Below, one piece after another: positions 9,528 to 20,311 of a stretch of 64,000 nt of DNA. Each line of letters opens with the position of its first letter. The stretch's first letter is position 1. The notes under the pieces are model-generated. The model had not been told where the DNA came from. It ran no database searches and was given only the letters and a program-made list of their open reading frames with translations. Where the stretch lies: positions 1 to 64,000 of the IMG/VR virus record IMGVR_UViG_3300020165_000007, one strand, 5' to 3'. Made by a program: the position numbers and the translations under genes.

Positions 9528-11711
9528 TTACGAGACGGTTCCACCTCTTAGGAATACATCATTTGAAGTGTTGTTTATCTGCATCCCAGAGGCCGCCCAT
9601 GTTGAATACAGTCTATACTCTGTGTTCGTATATACTGTACCTGTGTAGTCAAGTAATCTATCATATAAAGTATTACTAGTATTAAAAGTGGTTCCGTATG
9701 AACTAGAAGTGCCATACTCTATTTGTGTAACTCTATTACTTGAACCACCTAAGGTGTTCTGTGGTACCGCAACTATATACCATGCACTTTCACTTACAGT
9801 TCCATCAGGTACTTCAAATTCATCAAATAAGTTTTGTCTAGGTCCTGATTGAGGAACCGTTGATGTGTATACCTGTGGTAATCCGGTAACTCCCGAAGTA
9901 GCATACATTTCCATCCATGTGAGTAATGAATCGTTTGTTGTTGCTGCGAATCCAGCGTTAAATCCGAAGAAATCAGGGAAAGAAATTCCTTGACCATTTA
10001 AATAACCTGATATGTCGCTACTCTTGGATGCAGGCTCGATAAATAGAAGTGCGGGTCCTAAGGCAGCCGCACTAGGTGTTATACTTGGTGTCACTGTTGC
10101 TGATGGTGTTATAGTCGGCGTTGCCGTGATTGATGGCGTTGCCGTGATTGATGGCGTTGCCGTGATTGATGGCGTTGCCGTGATTGATGGCGTTGCCGTG
10201 ATTGATGGCGTTGCGGTAATTGATGGAGTTGCGGTAATTGATGGAGTTGCGGTGATTGATGGAGTTATCGATGGTGTTGCAGTTATCGATGGTGTGGCTG
10301 TTATTGACGGTGTAGCTGTTATTGACGGAGTTGCGGTGATTGATGGAGTTGCAGTTATTGATGGTGTTACTGAAGGAGTCGCGGTTATTGACGGAGTGGC
10401 TGTTATTGATGGTGTTGCGGTGACTGATGGTGTTGCAGTTATCGATGGTGTTGCAGTTATCGATGGAGTTACTGATGGTGTTGCAGTTATCGATGGTGTT
10501 GCAGTTATCGATGGTGTGGCTGTTATTGACGGTGTAGCTGTTATTGACGGAGTTGCGGTGATTGATGGAGTTGCAGTTATTGATGGAGTTGCGGTGATTG
10601 ATGGTGTTACTGAAGGAGTCGCGGTTATCGATGGTGTTGCAGTTATCGATGGTGTTGCAGTTATCGATGGTGTTGCAGTTATCGATGGAGTTACTGATGG
10701 TGTTGCAGTTATCGATGGTGTTGCAGTTATCGATGGTGTTGCAGTTATCGATGGTGTTGCAGTTATCGATGGTGTGGCTGTTATTGACGGTGTAGCAGTT
10801 ATTGACGGAGTTGCGGTGATTGATGGAGTTGCAGTTATTGACGGAGTTGCGGTGATTGATGGAGTTGCAGTTATTGATGGAGTTGCGGTGATTGATGGTG
10901 TTGCAGTTATCGATGGTGTTGCAGTTATCGATGGAGTGGCCGTTATCGATGGTGTTGCTGTTATCGATGGTGTTGCGGTTATCGATGGAGTTGCGGTGAT
11001 TGATGGAGTTGCAGTTATTGATGGTGTTGCGGTTATCGATGGCGTTGCAGTTATAGACGGTGTTGCCGTTATCGATGGTGTTGCGGTTATCGATGGAGTT
11101 ACCGATGAAGTAGGTGTAGGAGACTCTCCTGGTGTTACTGAAGGAGTCGCGGTTATCGATGGAGTTGCAGTTATCGATGGTGTTGCAGTTATCGATGGTG
11201 TTGCTGTTATCGATGGTGTTGCGGTTATCGATGGAGTTGCAGTTATCGATGGTGTGGCTGTTATTGACGGTGTAGCAGTTATTGACGGAGTTGCGGTGAT
11301 TGATGGAGTTGCCGTTATCGATGGTGTTGCAGTTATCGATGGTGTTGCGGTTATCGATGGAGTTACCGATGAAGTAGGTGTAGGAGACTCTCCTGGTGTT
11401 GCTGTTATCGATGGAGTGGCCGTTATCGATGGAGTGGCCGTTATCGATGGAGTTGCTGTTATTGATGGAGTTGGTGTTGGTGATACACCAATATTAACGG
11501 TAGTGGTAGTACCACTGCACGGTCCCGCATCACTAACAACTATATACACACTATTAGTGTCGTCATCTAAAAAAGTAATTCCGTTTACTAACTGGTTTCT
11601 AGTCACTCCAGTTATAAAGTTTGCGGGAATCTGTGAAGTGTGGTATATATCCAAGGTCGATATGTCCACACCCACACTTGTACCGCTTAATGTTACTTCT
11701 CTTTGCGCCAT
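9528..11711 (-). CDS. Mucin-like (TPSITA)n stalk protein, 727 aa
   Basis: Short N-domain, ~470 aa Thr/Pro/Ser repeat, ~180-aa globular C-domain; ATG preceded by the TATTTAT element. Confidence 0.85.
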   Translation of the reverse strand: MAQREVTLSGTSVGVDISTLDIYHTSQIPANFITGVTRNQLVNGITFLDDDTNSVYIVVSDAGPCSGTTTTVNIGVSPTPTPSITATPSITATPSITATPSITATPGESPTPTSSVTPSITATPSITATPSITATPSITATPSITATPSITATPSITATPSITATPSITATPSITATPSITATPSITATPSVTPGESPTPTSSVTPSITATPSITATPSITATPSITATPSITATPSITATPSITATPSITATPSITATPSITATPSITATPSITATPSITATPSITATPSITATPSITATPSITATPSITATPSITATPSITATPSITATPSITATPSVTPSITATPSITATPSITATPSITATPSVTPSITATPSITATPSITATPSITATPSITATPSITATPSITATPSVTPSITATPSITATPSVTATPSITATPSITATPSVTPSITATPSITATPSITATPSITATPSITATPSITPSITATPSITATPSITATPSITATPSITATPSITATPSITATPSITATPTITPSATVTPSITPSAAALGPALLFIEPASKSSDISGYLNGQGISFPDFFGFNAGFAATTNDSLLTWMEMYATSGVTGLPQVYTSTVPQSGPRQNLFDEFEVPDGTVSESAWYIVAVPQNTLGGSSNRVTQIEYGTSSSYGTTFNTSNTLYDRLLDYTGTVYTNTEYRLYSTWAASGMQINNTSNDVFLRGGTVS
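10070..11480 (-). repeat. Coding 18-nt repeat (TPSITA)n
   Basis: 18-nt periodicity with synonymous variation. Confidence 0.95.
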
Positions 11712-11791
11712 CCTTAAACCTTTTTATTTTTTATATAAATAGTGGTTAGTTTTAATTTGTACCACATTATTTTACCTATAAAAATATTTTT

Positions 11792-14692
11792 TTATTTAAT
11801 TTCACCTACAGATAATAAATCATAAGCCACAACATTTACCGAACCTTCGACATTTAATTCGCAACTTATTTGTCTAGAGGTACCAACGACCGTAAGAGTA
11901 CAACTATATACGGGTTGAGTACTCGATGGAGTCGGTGTTAAAGTAACTGTTGGGGTTGATGTTGGGGTCGCACCTGGAGTAGCGGTTAAACTAGGTGTAA
12001 CCGTTATAGTTGGAGTTACTGTAGGAGTTACTGTAGAGGTGGGTGTTGGTGACACGGGACCTATTCTTCCCGCACAATTAACATTTATTTCTATTTCAAC
12101 CTTTAGTTCAATAAATGCACCATTTAATGGGTCTATATCACCCTCACAATCACCTTTTACCGTAAATATATTATTTAGTAAATCCGTGGTATATGTAATT
12201 CCACTAAATTGTGATAACATTCCTTGAACTATAGTTTCCCATTCATTATCTGAAGGAACATCATTTAAGGTATATCCAGTATAAAATGCGTTTTCTATAG
12301 TTTGACCTACACCATAACTACCCCCTGATATCGTGAGAACTCCAGTAAACACCGCGCTTTCTAAGTAACATCCATTTCCTGGTTGATTTAAATCTAAGAA
12401 AGCCTCGTTTAACATTTCATAAAACCCTCTCTTACCTTCTGAACTGGTTACAAACTCTTGCTCACATAAAGTATTAATTACGTAGTCATCAACGTTTTCA
12501 TCATTACAGGTTATTGAAACACTCTTAATTATTGAACAACCTTCACTATCTACAATTGTTGCCGTATATGTACCTCCTGAAAGACCTGTTAAATATAAAC
12601 CTGTCTGCGAAGTAGGTACATTAGCTGACCACGTAATTGTGAATGGTGCGATACCATCTGTTATAGTTAAACTTGCAGTTCCATCATTACCTGAAACACA
12701 TGGTGTACTATATAGTACTGCCTGTACTCCTCCTGTCCCTTCTAATATAGTAAAGTACTGTGTTACTGCACATCCTTCATTATCCGTAACAACAACTTGA
12801 TACGAACCCTGAGGTAAGTTATTTACTAATTCAACATTACTTAAAGACCCAATATTGTTAGAAACTACAGTTCCATCACTAATTTGTGATACCACATAAC
12901 TAAGTGGATATTTAATCTCAGTAGTACCCGATGAAACCTCTATATTTACCTCTCCATTTGACTGTCCGCAAGTTGTTGCGGTTAATGATGTCGCAACAGT
13001 AAACTTATTCTCATTTAATATTGTGGCAGTGTCAGTATATTTACACCCATTAATTAATTCTATTCCGATTTGATATGTCCCAGAAGCAAGATTCTCAAAG
13101 GTATATGATTGATTTGTTGTTGTTACCGTTTGGATATTACCTCCACTACCCGTTAAAGTATACGTTAATGGACCTTGATTGGCATTTACATTTATTTGAA
13201 TTGACCCATCTTCACCACAATCAGAATTTTCAGTTATAATACTAACCAAACTAAATCCCGCGGTTGAGGTTAATTGAACGGGTTGGTTAATTGAACATTG
13301 TCCAGCATCTTCAATTAAGATATTATAAGCCCCTCCACATAAACTATTTAACGTAAATGTTGTTGAACCGTTCTGTATTTGTCCCGTACTACCTGAGAAA
13401 TAATAAGGTAAGGTACCTCCAGTAACTGTAACAGTGATTGTACCATCACAATCAAAACAAGTTGGTTGTGTTCCTACTATATTTGAAACCCCCAATAATG
13501 GTAACTGCGGTACTGTAAACCGTTTCGTTATTACACACCCATTCGCATCTGTCACAGTAACCGATGCATCCCCCGCGGGTAAATTAGATACAGATGGGGT
13601 AGTATCTAATGTTGACCAAAAATATGTAAAGGGAGGAGTACCACCTGTAAAGTTAGTAACCTCACCATACCCAGTATTTGCAACTAAACAAGGACTCGCA
13701 CCTGTTATTAAAACTTCATAATCAAAACTAGCAACTGAGTTAATTGTAACGGTATCCGTTTGTCCTGTTTGTCCGTTACCGTCTACTACAATTGCGTAGT
13801 ATTCACCAGGTAAAATATCACTATCTATAGTAATTATATTTTCATTATAGAATTCGTCACTAAACTCATTTCCATTATAATAAAGATATACATGATACGG
13901 ATACGACAATGAATTACCTGAAATATTAATAATACCTGTAGTTAAGTTACATGTGATATCAACACCAGATATATCAACCTCAAAACAAGGGTTAACTACC
14001 ACCTGTGTTGTTAATTCTCTAGCGGTAGGTAAAGTACTATCACTAATATTAAAAACGTAAGTAGTTGCAGATAAACCACTAAAATTAAATGGACCGTTAC
14101 CTTGCGTTGTAGGTATAGTCCCTGGTGAGGAGTTAACTATTAAGTAAGGGTTAGTTCCCCCCTCTACATCAAGATATATTGACCCGTCATCACCACAGTC
14201 AGGGGTTCCTGAAAAAGTCACACTTAACGGTCCTTCATCACAATTGGGTGTACATTCAAAACTTGTAACGTCAATACCTGAATAAGGTAATGTAGTGTTT
14301 ACGCAAAATACAACTCCTAAACTTGAACCTCTTTGTGTGACTCCACAACAATCCATAAATTCATAGTTACCATTTGTTGTACCTGAAACACAATCAGGAA
14401 CAACAGGTGGAGTCGGGGTAGGTGTCGGCGTTATAGTAGGTGTCGGTGTTGGGCTTGTGGGGATGTTAGCCGATGCATAACATATAGCACCTGAATCCAT
14501 ATCAATAACTTGATATTCAAAACAAGTCCCAGTAATAAACGACTCAACGTCAAATTGAAATGGGAAATCACTATATGTTAGTGAAGACGCAACGTCTGTA
14601 TATGTTGTTACATCACAATCTTTTACACTAACTGTATAATTACCCGGATTTGGGTCTGAAACTCCTAATGATATGTTTACTATTTGACTCAT
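11792..14692 (-). CDS. SprB-repeat-like adhesin / virion appendage protein
   Basis: Repeated GGTPPFTYFWS...LPAG...VTVTDANGC-type units typical of Bacteroidota SprB repeats; start trimmed to ATG 14692 (MSQIVN). Confidence 0.75.
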   Translation of the reverse strand: MSQIVNISLGVSDPNPGNYTVSVKDCDVTTYTDVASSLTYSDFPFQFDVESFITGTCFEYQVIDMDSGAICYASANIPTSPTPTPTITPTPTPTPPVVPDCVSGTTNGNYEFMDCCGVTQRGSSLGVVFCVNTTLPYSGIDVTSFECTPNCDEGPLSVTFSGTPDCGDDGSIYLDVEGGTNPYLIVNSSPGTIPTTQGNGPFNFSGLSATTYVFNISDSTLPTARELTTQVVVNPCFEVDISGVDITCNLTTGIINISGNSLSYPYHVYLYYNGNEFSDEFYNENIITIDSDILPGEYYAIVVDGNGQTGQTDTVTINSVASFDYEVLITGASPCLVANTGYGEVTNFTGGTPPFTYFWSTLDTTPSVSNLPAGDASVTVTDANGCVITKRFTVPQLPLLGVSNIVGTQPTCFDCDGTITVTVTGGTLPYYFSGSTGQIQNGSTTFTLNSLCGGAYNILIEDAGQCSINQPVQLTSTAGFSLVSIITENSDCGEDGSIQINVNANQGPLTYTLTGSGGNIQTVTTTNQSYTFENLASGTYQIGIELINGCKYTDTATILNENKFTVATSLTATTCGQSNGEVNIEVSSGTTEIKYPLSYVVSQISDGTVVSNNIGSLSNVELVNNLPQGSYQVVVTDNEGCAVTQYFTILEGTGGVQAVLYSTPCVSGNDGTASLTITDGIAPFTITWSANVPTSQTGLYLTGLSGGTYTATIVDSEGCSIIKSVSITCNDENVDDYVINTLCEQEFVTSSEGKRGFYEMLNEAFLDLNQPGNGCYLESAVFTGVLTISGGSYGVGQTIENAFYTGYTLNDVPSDNEWETIVQGMLSQFSGITYTTDLLNNIFTVKGDCEGDIDPLNGAFIELKVEIEINVNCAGRIGPVSPTPTSTVTPTVTPTITVTPSLTATPGATPTSTPTVTLTPTPSSTQPVYSCTLTVVGTSRQISCELNVEGSVNVVAYDLLSVGEIK

Positions 14693-14696
14693 GATA

Positions 14697-17363
14697 TTAT
14701 GAACAACCACTACTTGATGAGAAATCGAATGATATAGTTGTAAGAAGATTTTGGTTAGTTCTACTAAATACCATTGAGTTTATATTTGCACATCCATTTG
14801 TACCTGAAAGGAATGATGAGCCTCCAGCGGGTATATTTTCTGTTGTTAAGTTTCCACTACCTGATAAACCACACCTTAGGTATGTTATAGATTGTGCACT
14901 AAGAGATGTGTTAGTTATTGTAACATCATTTAAGCAGTTACAGTCCGTTCCACCACACGCAGTTGTCGAATCCGCACTTTCCAACCATGAAGTACCTACA
15001 GTCGTATTTTGATACGTCTTCATCGATGAAGTGTTACCAACTATAGTGAAACAAATTCCATCGAATCCATCAGTTACTATTATATTATTTTGTGCTCCAC
15101 CTAAGTAACCACCCGCACCTCCTAACAATTCAGGCGCCTGTATTATATCTGACAATTGTACAACTCCACCACCCAATGAACTACCCGATACGAAATCACA
15201 GGTCATGTAAACAAGTGCGTCTAATTTACTATTAGTAAGACCCCCTACCGTTGTCCCTGTATATGTATCACAACTTCTTAAGACAACATACGCTCCAGAA
15301 CATTTAGCACCAGGCGTGTCGGGCTGACAACAAGATGTTCCGTTTGAACTGTGGAATTTTAACAATGCGGTTTCGTCGTAAGTTGGGTCATATACGTAAC
15401 AGTCTTCAAAACTTACATTTTGACTTGCAGTGTTAGTTACGGTGTGTGTGAATTGTAGGTATTCATCACCCGTTCCTGTGGGGTCTACAAATGGTATAAG
15501 GTCATTATATTTTGTAGGCGCTGCCATGAGGTCGCCAGCACCATAATTTTCCTCAAAACATGCGACATATGTATGTACACACCAATATGTTTGACTTTGA
15601 GATGATAAGCAAGTATCACAGTCGAGATATGTATTTTGTGTCGATGGTGTATTGGATGATGTAAATGGTGCAACATTACCTAATGTGTAACATATACTAT
15701 CTAAGGATACTATATCTCCTGTTGTAACACTTAATGAGTCTAATACTTGTGCGTGGTTAAGGACTGTAAGACCTGAGAAGTTGTTTTCACAACAAGGCGT
15801 TAATAAGAAAGAGGTATACGAAGGTGGTGAACTTGTTGGTGTAATTGTTGGTGTAACTGTTGGTGTAATTGTTGGTGTAACTGATGGAGTATTACTAGGA
15901 GCAATACATTCATTCTCGACTATACAATCATCACAGTTATCATAATACTCTCCAGCGGTGAATACCGCATTGGTAGCTCCGGCTGGGTATGACTCGTCAT
16001 ATGTTACTCTCTTATAACAATTATTTATTATGAAATCCTGATTTCCTCCAAATTGGAAAGTTATTGCTCCTGTTTCTCCCAATGCTGGCCCATTACTCAT
16101 ATTGGTAACATTATAAACTAACCCATCACAACATCCGCTTAATGAAACGTTATTCTCCACACATGCGTTACTAACCTGACAAGTATTACAATCCGTGTAA
16201 GTATTATTGGTCCCAAAAAGATTTGGGTATCCCGCAGTTGTATTGTAATACTCGGTATAACTTGAGTTATATTCTATCCTCTCAAAACATTGGTTCGTTT
16301 CAAGCGGACTCTCTCCTGTGATTGGTGTGATTATATCTCCTATATCCGGTATTGGAAATGTCAGGTTAAATGTCGTGCTCGTTCCCGTGAATATTGTAAA
16401 CTCTCCCACTCCAGAACAACATCCACTAAACGAAAACGCATTTATAGGAGCCGCAGGTGGTGTTCCTGACGGCGTTACGGTTATAGATGGAGTTGCGGTT
16501 ATTGACGGAGTTGCTGTTATTGTTGGAGTTGCAGTTATCGATGGAGTGGATGTAATTGACGGAGTCACAGTTATTGACGGAGTTGCCGTTATTGTTGGAG
16601 TTGCGGTTATTGTTGGAGTTGCGGTTATTGTTGGAGTTTGAGTTAACGATGGAGTAACACTATTAGACGCACCAGGTGTTGCGGTTATTGATGGAGTTGC
16701 AGTAATTGATGGAGTTGCCGTAATTGATGGTGTAGTAGTTACTGATGGAGTTACGGTAATTGACGGAGTGGTAGTAATCGAAGGAGTCGCACTTATCGAA
16801 GCTCCTGGCGTCGCGGTTACTGATGGAGTTGCGGTAATTGACGGAGTGGTAGTAGGGGTAGGGGGTCCAAACTCTAAATCACAATCTAAAAAAGTAGGTA
16901 TACATGAAGAACACTTACCATAGTATAAGTTATTAGGTATTCCACTTAAGTCGGTAGGGTCAGTATTTACAACTAAAGAGGTTATTTCATAACATACTCC
17001 ATAATATAAAATACTATCGTCTATTGGTGTGTCGGTTATTAGTGTATATAAGTGTCCCGAACCTGCATCACATCTATCCCACCGATAACAACTTTGGGAT
17101 GGGTCCGACATTAACGATGAGATAAGTAAATTTGCCTCTTCACACGTTTCACAATCAACATACTCAATAAATGTACAATCGTCTCCATTTATTTCATCTA
17201 AAACTTTATTAGTATCTTCATTAATGTAATAACACCCATTATTTATATTATTACATTCAATATCCCAAATCTCACCTGAATTTAGGTGCGTAGTATTATT
17301 AAAAGTTAACCTATATTCGGATTGGTCGTTACAATTTTGTATGATATAATTTACTGATGTCAT
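14697..17363 (-). CDS. Cys-rich repeat protein with TPSITA stalk, putative virion appendage
   Basis: Repeated CC...C[YF]...DCxxC modules and Thr/Pro linkers; ATG 17363 overlaps the upstream TGA (ATGA). Confidence 0.75.
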   Translation of the reverse strand: MTSVNYIIQNCNDQSEYRLTFNNTTHLNSGEIWDIECNNINNGCYYINEDTNKVLDEINGDDCTFIEYVDCETCEEANLLISSLMSDPSQSCYRWDRCDAGSGHLYTLITDTPIDDSILYYGVCYEITSLVVNTDPTDLSGIPNNLYYGKCSSCIPTFLDCDLEFGPPTPTTTPSITATPSVTATPGASISATPSITTTPSITVTPSVTTTPSITATPSITATPSITATPGASNSVTPSLTQTPTITATPTITATPTITATPSITVTPSITSTPSITATPTITATPSITATPSITVTPSGTPPAAPINAFSFSGCCSGVGEFTIFTGTSTTFNLTFPIPDIGDIITPITGESPLETNQCFERIEYNSSYTEYYNTTAGYPNLFGTNNTYTDCNTCQVSNACVENNVSLSGCCDGLVYNVTNMSNGPALGETGAITFQFGGNQDFIINNCYKRVTYDESYPAGATNAVFTAGEYYDNCDDCIVENECIAPSNTPSVTPTITPTVTPTITPTSSPPSYTSFLLTPCCENNFSGLTVLNHAQVLDSLSVTTGDIVSLDSICYTLGNVAPFTSSNTPSTQNTYLDCDTCLSSQSQTYWCVHTYVACFEENYGAGDLMAAPTKYNDLIPFVDPTGTGDEYLQFTHTVTNTASQNVSFEDCYVYDPTYDETALLKFHSSNGTSCCQPDTPGAKCSGAYVVLRSCDTYTGTTVGGLTNSKLDALVYMTCDFVSGSSLGGGVVQLSDIIQAPELLGGAGGYLGGAQNNIIVTDGFDGICFTIVGNTSSMKTYQNTTVGTSWLESADSTTACGGTDCNCLNDVTITNTSLSAQSITYLRCGLSGSGNLTTENIPAGGSSFLSGTNGCANINSMVFSRTNQNLLTTISFDFSSSSGCS

Positions 17364-20311
17364 GACGTACAATTAATATTTATGTTGACTCCAGCGTTTA
17401 TTTGCAAACTTTCATTAGTAAAATCATTATTACACCCTATATTAGTAACTGTTATGTTATTACCGTTGATACTATAGGATAATCCGTCCTGAGATAAATT
17501 AGAAAGAGACGTTTCTACCGCAGTCAACCACTCAGTACTAGATGGGTAATCACCACTTCCATATCCAGTGTAGAATAAATCTTTTCTAAGTAATGAACCA
17601 CTAAGTCTTATATCCACATACCACAAACTTGTCAAAGTGTTTAATTGACAGTCACTTACATTATACCCTTCATTACCAACCGCACTGTTAATACTATTTA
17701 TTAATGTAGTTTGTGGGTTTGTTAATCCAATATCACAACTTAAAGTTTGTGTAGTGCAATCATTACCAAGTAATTGACCTGTAAATGTACATGGAATACA
17801 TGGTATCGGTACTAACTCACATCCTCTTTGTCTTCTCCATACTACTTTTTGTCTCTGTAATACATTATTTTCCATTTTTTGACCCCCCATCCATATAGTA
17901 GATGCGGGAATCATTTGTTCAATTAACTTCATCCAATAATCACCTATACCATTAGTGAAATCAATCATTTTTTGATAGGTATATTTGTTGGATGGTATAC
18001 CTACGGACTCCTCTGAGTTTAAATATTTCCAATAAACTGATTGTAGTGTTGGATATCCACCTCCTTTACCGTCTGTTATTGTCTGTCTATTCCTAACATT
18101 AATCATGTTACGATAAAAGGTCTGAGCAAATTCAAAAAATGTCTTTTCTTTTGGTTTTGGGTTAATTACTGTCCAATCAATCCCTTCAGGATATGGATAA
18201 GGTGATGTTAAACCAGTTGAAGGGAACGGGTAATTATATTTTTTTGACATATCCCATATGTCGTATATAATCCCTTGTCCCATATTTAAACCTAAGTCAA
18301 CATTTTTAGCATTTAATACTAATTTTTCATTATTTACCACATAATAGGCATTATAACCAGCTTCGGTATTCCTCCTTAAACCTAATTCATTATCTGTCCA
18401 AGATTTATTATTATCGTAGGTTCTTGTTAAACCAAAACCCAAATCCATATATGGAAAATCTCTAAATCTATCAAAATATTTTTGACCATAAGTAAATGGT
18501 TCTAATGTTGTCTGTATGTCAGGGTTTTGTCCTGTGAATACCGAACCTGTAGTGTCTAATACTGTAGGTGCTCTATGTTCAGGAGTCTGCTCATACCATC
18601 CCGCACCTTTTTCAAAAAATATTTCTTCACTGGATACCGGAGATTGTGGATATCCAAAACTATCAATAGGATAATCATTTCTAACAGTGTCTACGTTACT
18701 TAATGTTAGTTGAGTTGTGAATCCGGTATATGTCACCCCTTCAAAACTGAATGTGATGTTTGGGTCCAAGACCGGCGTTTCTGTAGTTTTAGTACCTCCC
18801 GTTATAGTTGCGTATTCTTCATTAAATCTTTCCACATTTATCGGACCATCAGCCAAATAAATAATTTCATTAAAATCTATTAACGCGTCGGGAGCACCGA
18901 CTAATCTCATAAGTGCCTCTATTGAACGTCTTGTACCTTTAGATTTAAATAAGTAAGCAGAATTTAAAATTAAATTTCTATAATATTGATAACTAAGTTC
19001 GGTTGGTGTCTTATTTACTGTCTGTCCAGGAAATACATTAGAATCTTGGTTTCCAAATACACTACTTAAGAACTTATCATTAGTTATGGGTGAGATGTTA
19101 GTGTCCCAACCTATTGTCTGAGCCAAATTTGTTAGTAACTGAGAAGGTATATCGTTTTGTACAACATAATGAACTGAATTCATATATGATAACGCATCAA
19201 TAAACTTTTTTGTTTCGTCAAAACTTCTACCATATAGTTGTAAAACCTTTTCTACATTTTTATTAGGTGTATCAAAATCTTTAAAAGCCCCTGTAGTTAA
19301 AAATCTCGATATTAAATTACTTTTATATTCATCTATCTCATCAGATATACTATTTAATTGTGTTAAATAATTATCAAACCTATTTGTTCTTATATCTAAA
19401 TTCCATACCCCATCTAAACTCCATGTTATACTCTGATAAGCTTTATACACTTGTCCGTCTTGACCTTCCCTTAATATTTCAAATTTAGAAGTATAGGTTG
19501 GAACTACTAAACGATTTAATAAGAAGTCCTCAACTTCGTTAAAGTCGTCAATAAATACTTTATCAGTTTCTTGTTTATTTGGTTTTAATAAAATATTATC
19601 TACTGAAGTAGATTGACCACTGAAAGGATTTCCTTCTACTACAATTTGTACCGTCCCCGCCGATAGTTTTGGTGAGGGGTCGAAATCAACAAATTTATAC
19701 TCAGTCTCTAAATCTTCAAAAAATAAAGAATACTGTAAGAAACTTCTAGTAAGATTTCTTAATGGGCTTACCTCAAAAGGTCTAACAGAAATATTTCTAT
19801 CCGAATTTTCTGAGTAATCGATATCGAATGGATTTTTAAATCTGGTAACGTCAATATCAAAAGTCGTTAAACCTTCAACATCATCATAAGAAATGTTATA
19901 AGCGGTGTATCCAGTGTTAAAATCATAATAAATTTTATCTACAGATATTGCGGCCGGAAAAAAATTAACTATATTTGTTACTGAAGATGACATTCTTTTT
20001 CTTAAAGAACCATACATCGCAAAATTAGTAACCTGACTTATATCGTAATTAGGATAAACTTTAAAGTTTTTAGCTAAGACTATCTTAGACTCTTCAATAC
20101 TGTCAAAGTCTAAATCATTTAATGAAATAGGATTAGAAAAGACACCAGTATCAAAAGTTCTATTAACCTTTTCAACAACATTTGTTGTGAACTCAAAATT
20201 TGACTGCGTAAGACCTCCACCCTCAACAAGTTGTAAACCAACTAAGTTGTCAGAAAATGTTCCTCTAGCGTTAGGAGGAGCCGGTGGGTATCTAAACTTA
20301 TTATCGGCCAT
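17360..20311 (-). CDS. Baseplate wedge protein (P2 gpI / T4 gp7-like), 983 aa
   Basis: LTNLAQTIGWD...AYLFKSKGTRRSIEALMRLVG resembles the tail protein I motif; lies downstream of the gp6-like gene. Confidence 0.6.
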   Translation of the reverse strand: MADNKFRYPPAPPNARGTFSDNLVGLQLVEGGGLTQSNFEFTTNVVEKVNRTFDTGVFSNPISLNDLDFDSIEESKIVLAKNFKVYPNYDISQVTNFAMYGSLRKRMSSSVTNIVNFFPAAISVDKIYYDFNTGYTAYNISYDDVEGLTTFDIDVTRFKNPFDIDYSENSDRNISVRPFEVSPLRNLTRSFLQYSLFFEDLETEYKFVDFDPSPKLSAGTVQIVVEGNPFSGQSTSVDNILLKPNKQETDKVFIDDFNEVEDFLLNRLVVPTYTSKFEILREGQDGQVYKAYQSITWSLDGVWNLDIRTNRFDNYLTQLNSISDEIDEYKSNLISRFLTTGAFKDFDTPNKNVEKVLQLYGRSFDETKKFIDALSYMNSVHYVVQNDIPSQLLTNLAQTIGWDTNISPITNDKFLSSVFGNQDSNVFPGQTVNKTPTELSYQYYRNLILNSAYLFKSKGTRRSIEALMRLVGAPDALIDFNEIIYLADGPINVERFNEEYATITGGTKTTETPVLDPNITFSFEGVTYTGFTTQLTLSNVDTVRNDYPIDSFGYPQSPVSSEEIFFEKGAGWYEQTPEHRAPTVLDTTGSVFTGQNPDIQTTLEPFTYGQKYFDRFRDFPYMDLGFGLTRTYDNNKSWTDNELGLRRNTEAGYNAYYVVNNEKLVLNAKNVDLGLNMGQGIIYDIWDMSKKYNYPFPSTGLTSPYPYPEGIDWTVINPKPKEKTFFEFAQTFYRNMINVRNRQTITDGKGGGYPTLQSVYWKYLNSEESVGIPSNKYTYQKMIDFTNGIGDYWMKLIEQMIPASTIWMGGQKMENNVLQRQKVVWRRQRGCELVPIPCIPCTFTGQLLGNDCTTQTLSCDIGLTNPQTTLINSINSAVGNEGYNVSDCQLNTLTSLWYVDIRLSGSLLRKDLFYTGYGSGDYPSSTEWLTAVETSLSNLSQDGLSYSINGNNITVTNIGCNNDFTNESLQINAGVNININCTS

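Noticed and set aside
1448-11480. CRISPR array or non-coding satellite
   Set aside because: No unique spacers and no cas genes; variation is synonymous within long ORFs
7598-11742. Antisense ORFs (PDVPLLPDE)n and (GVAVID)n, and the many MNLKNLMF... ORFs
   Set aside because: Reverse-strand shadows of low-complexity coding repeats with no unique domains or expression signals
1-17363. Diversity-generating retroelement or invertase shufflon acting on the fibres
   Set aside because: No reverse transcriptase, recombinase/invertase, adenine-specific TR/VR pair or inverted cassettes seen in the window
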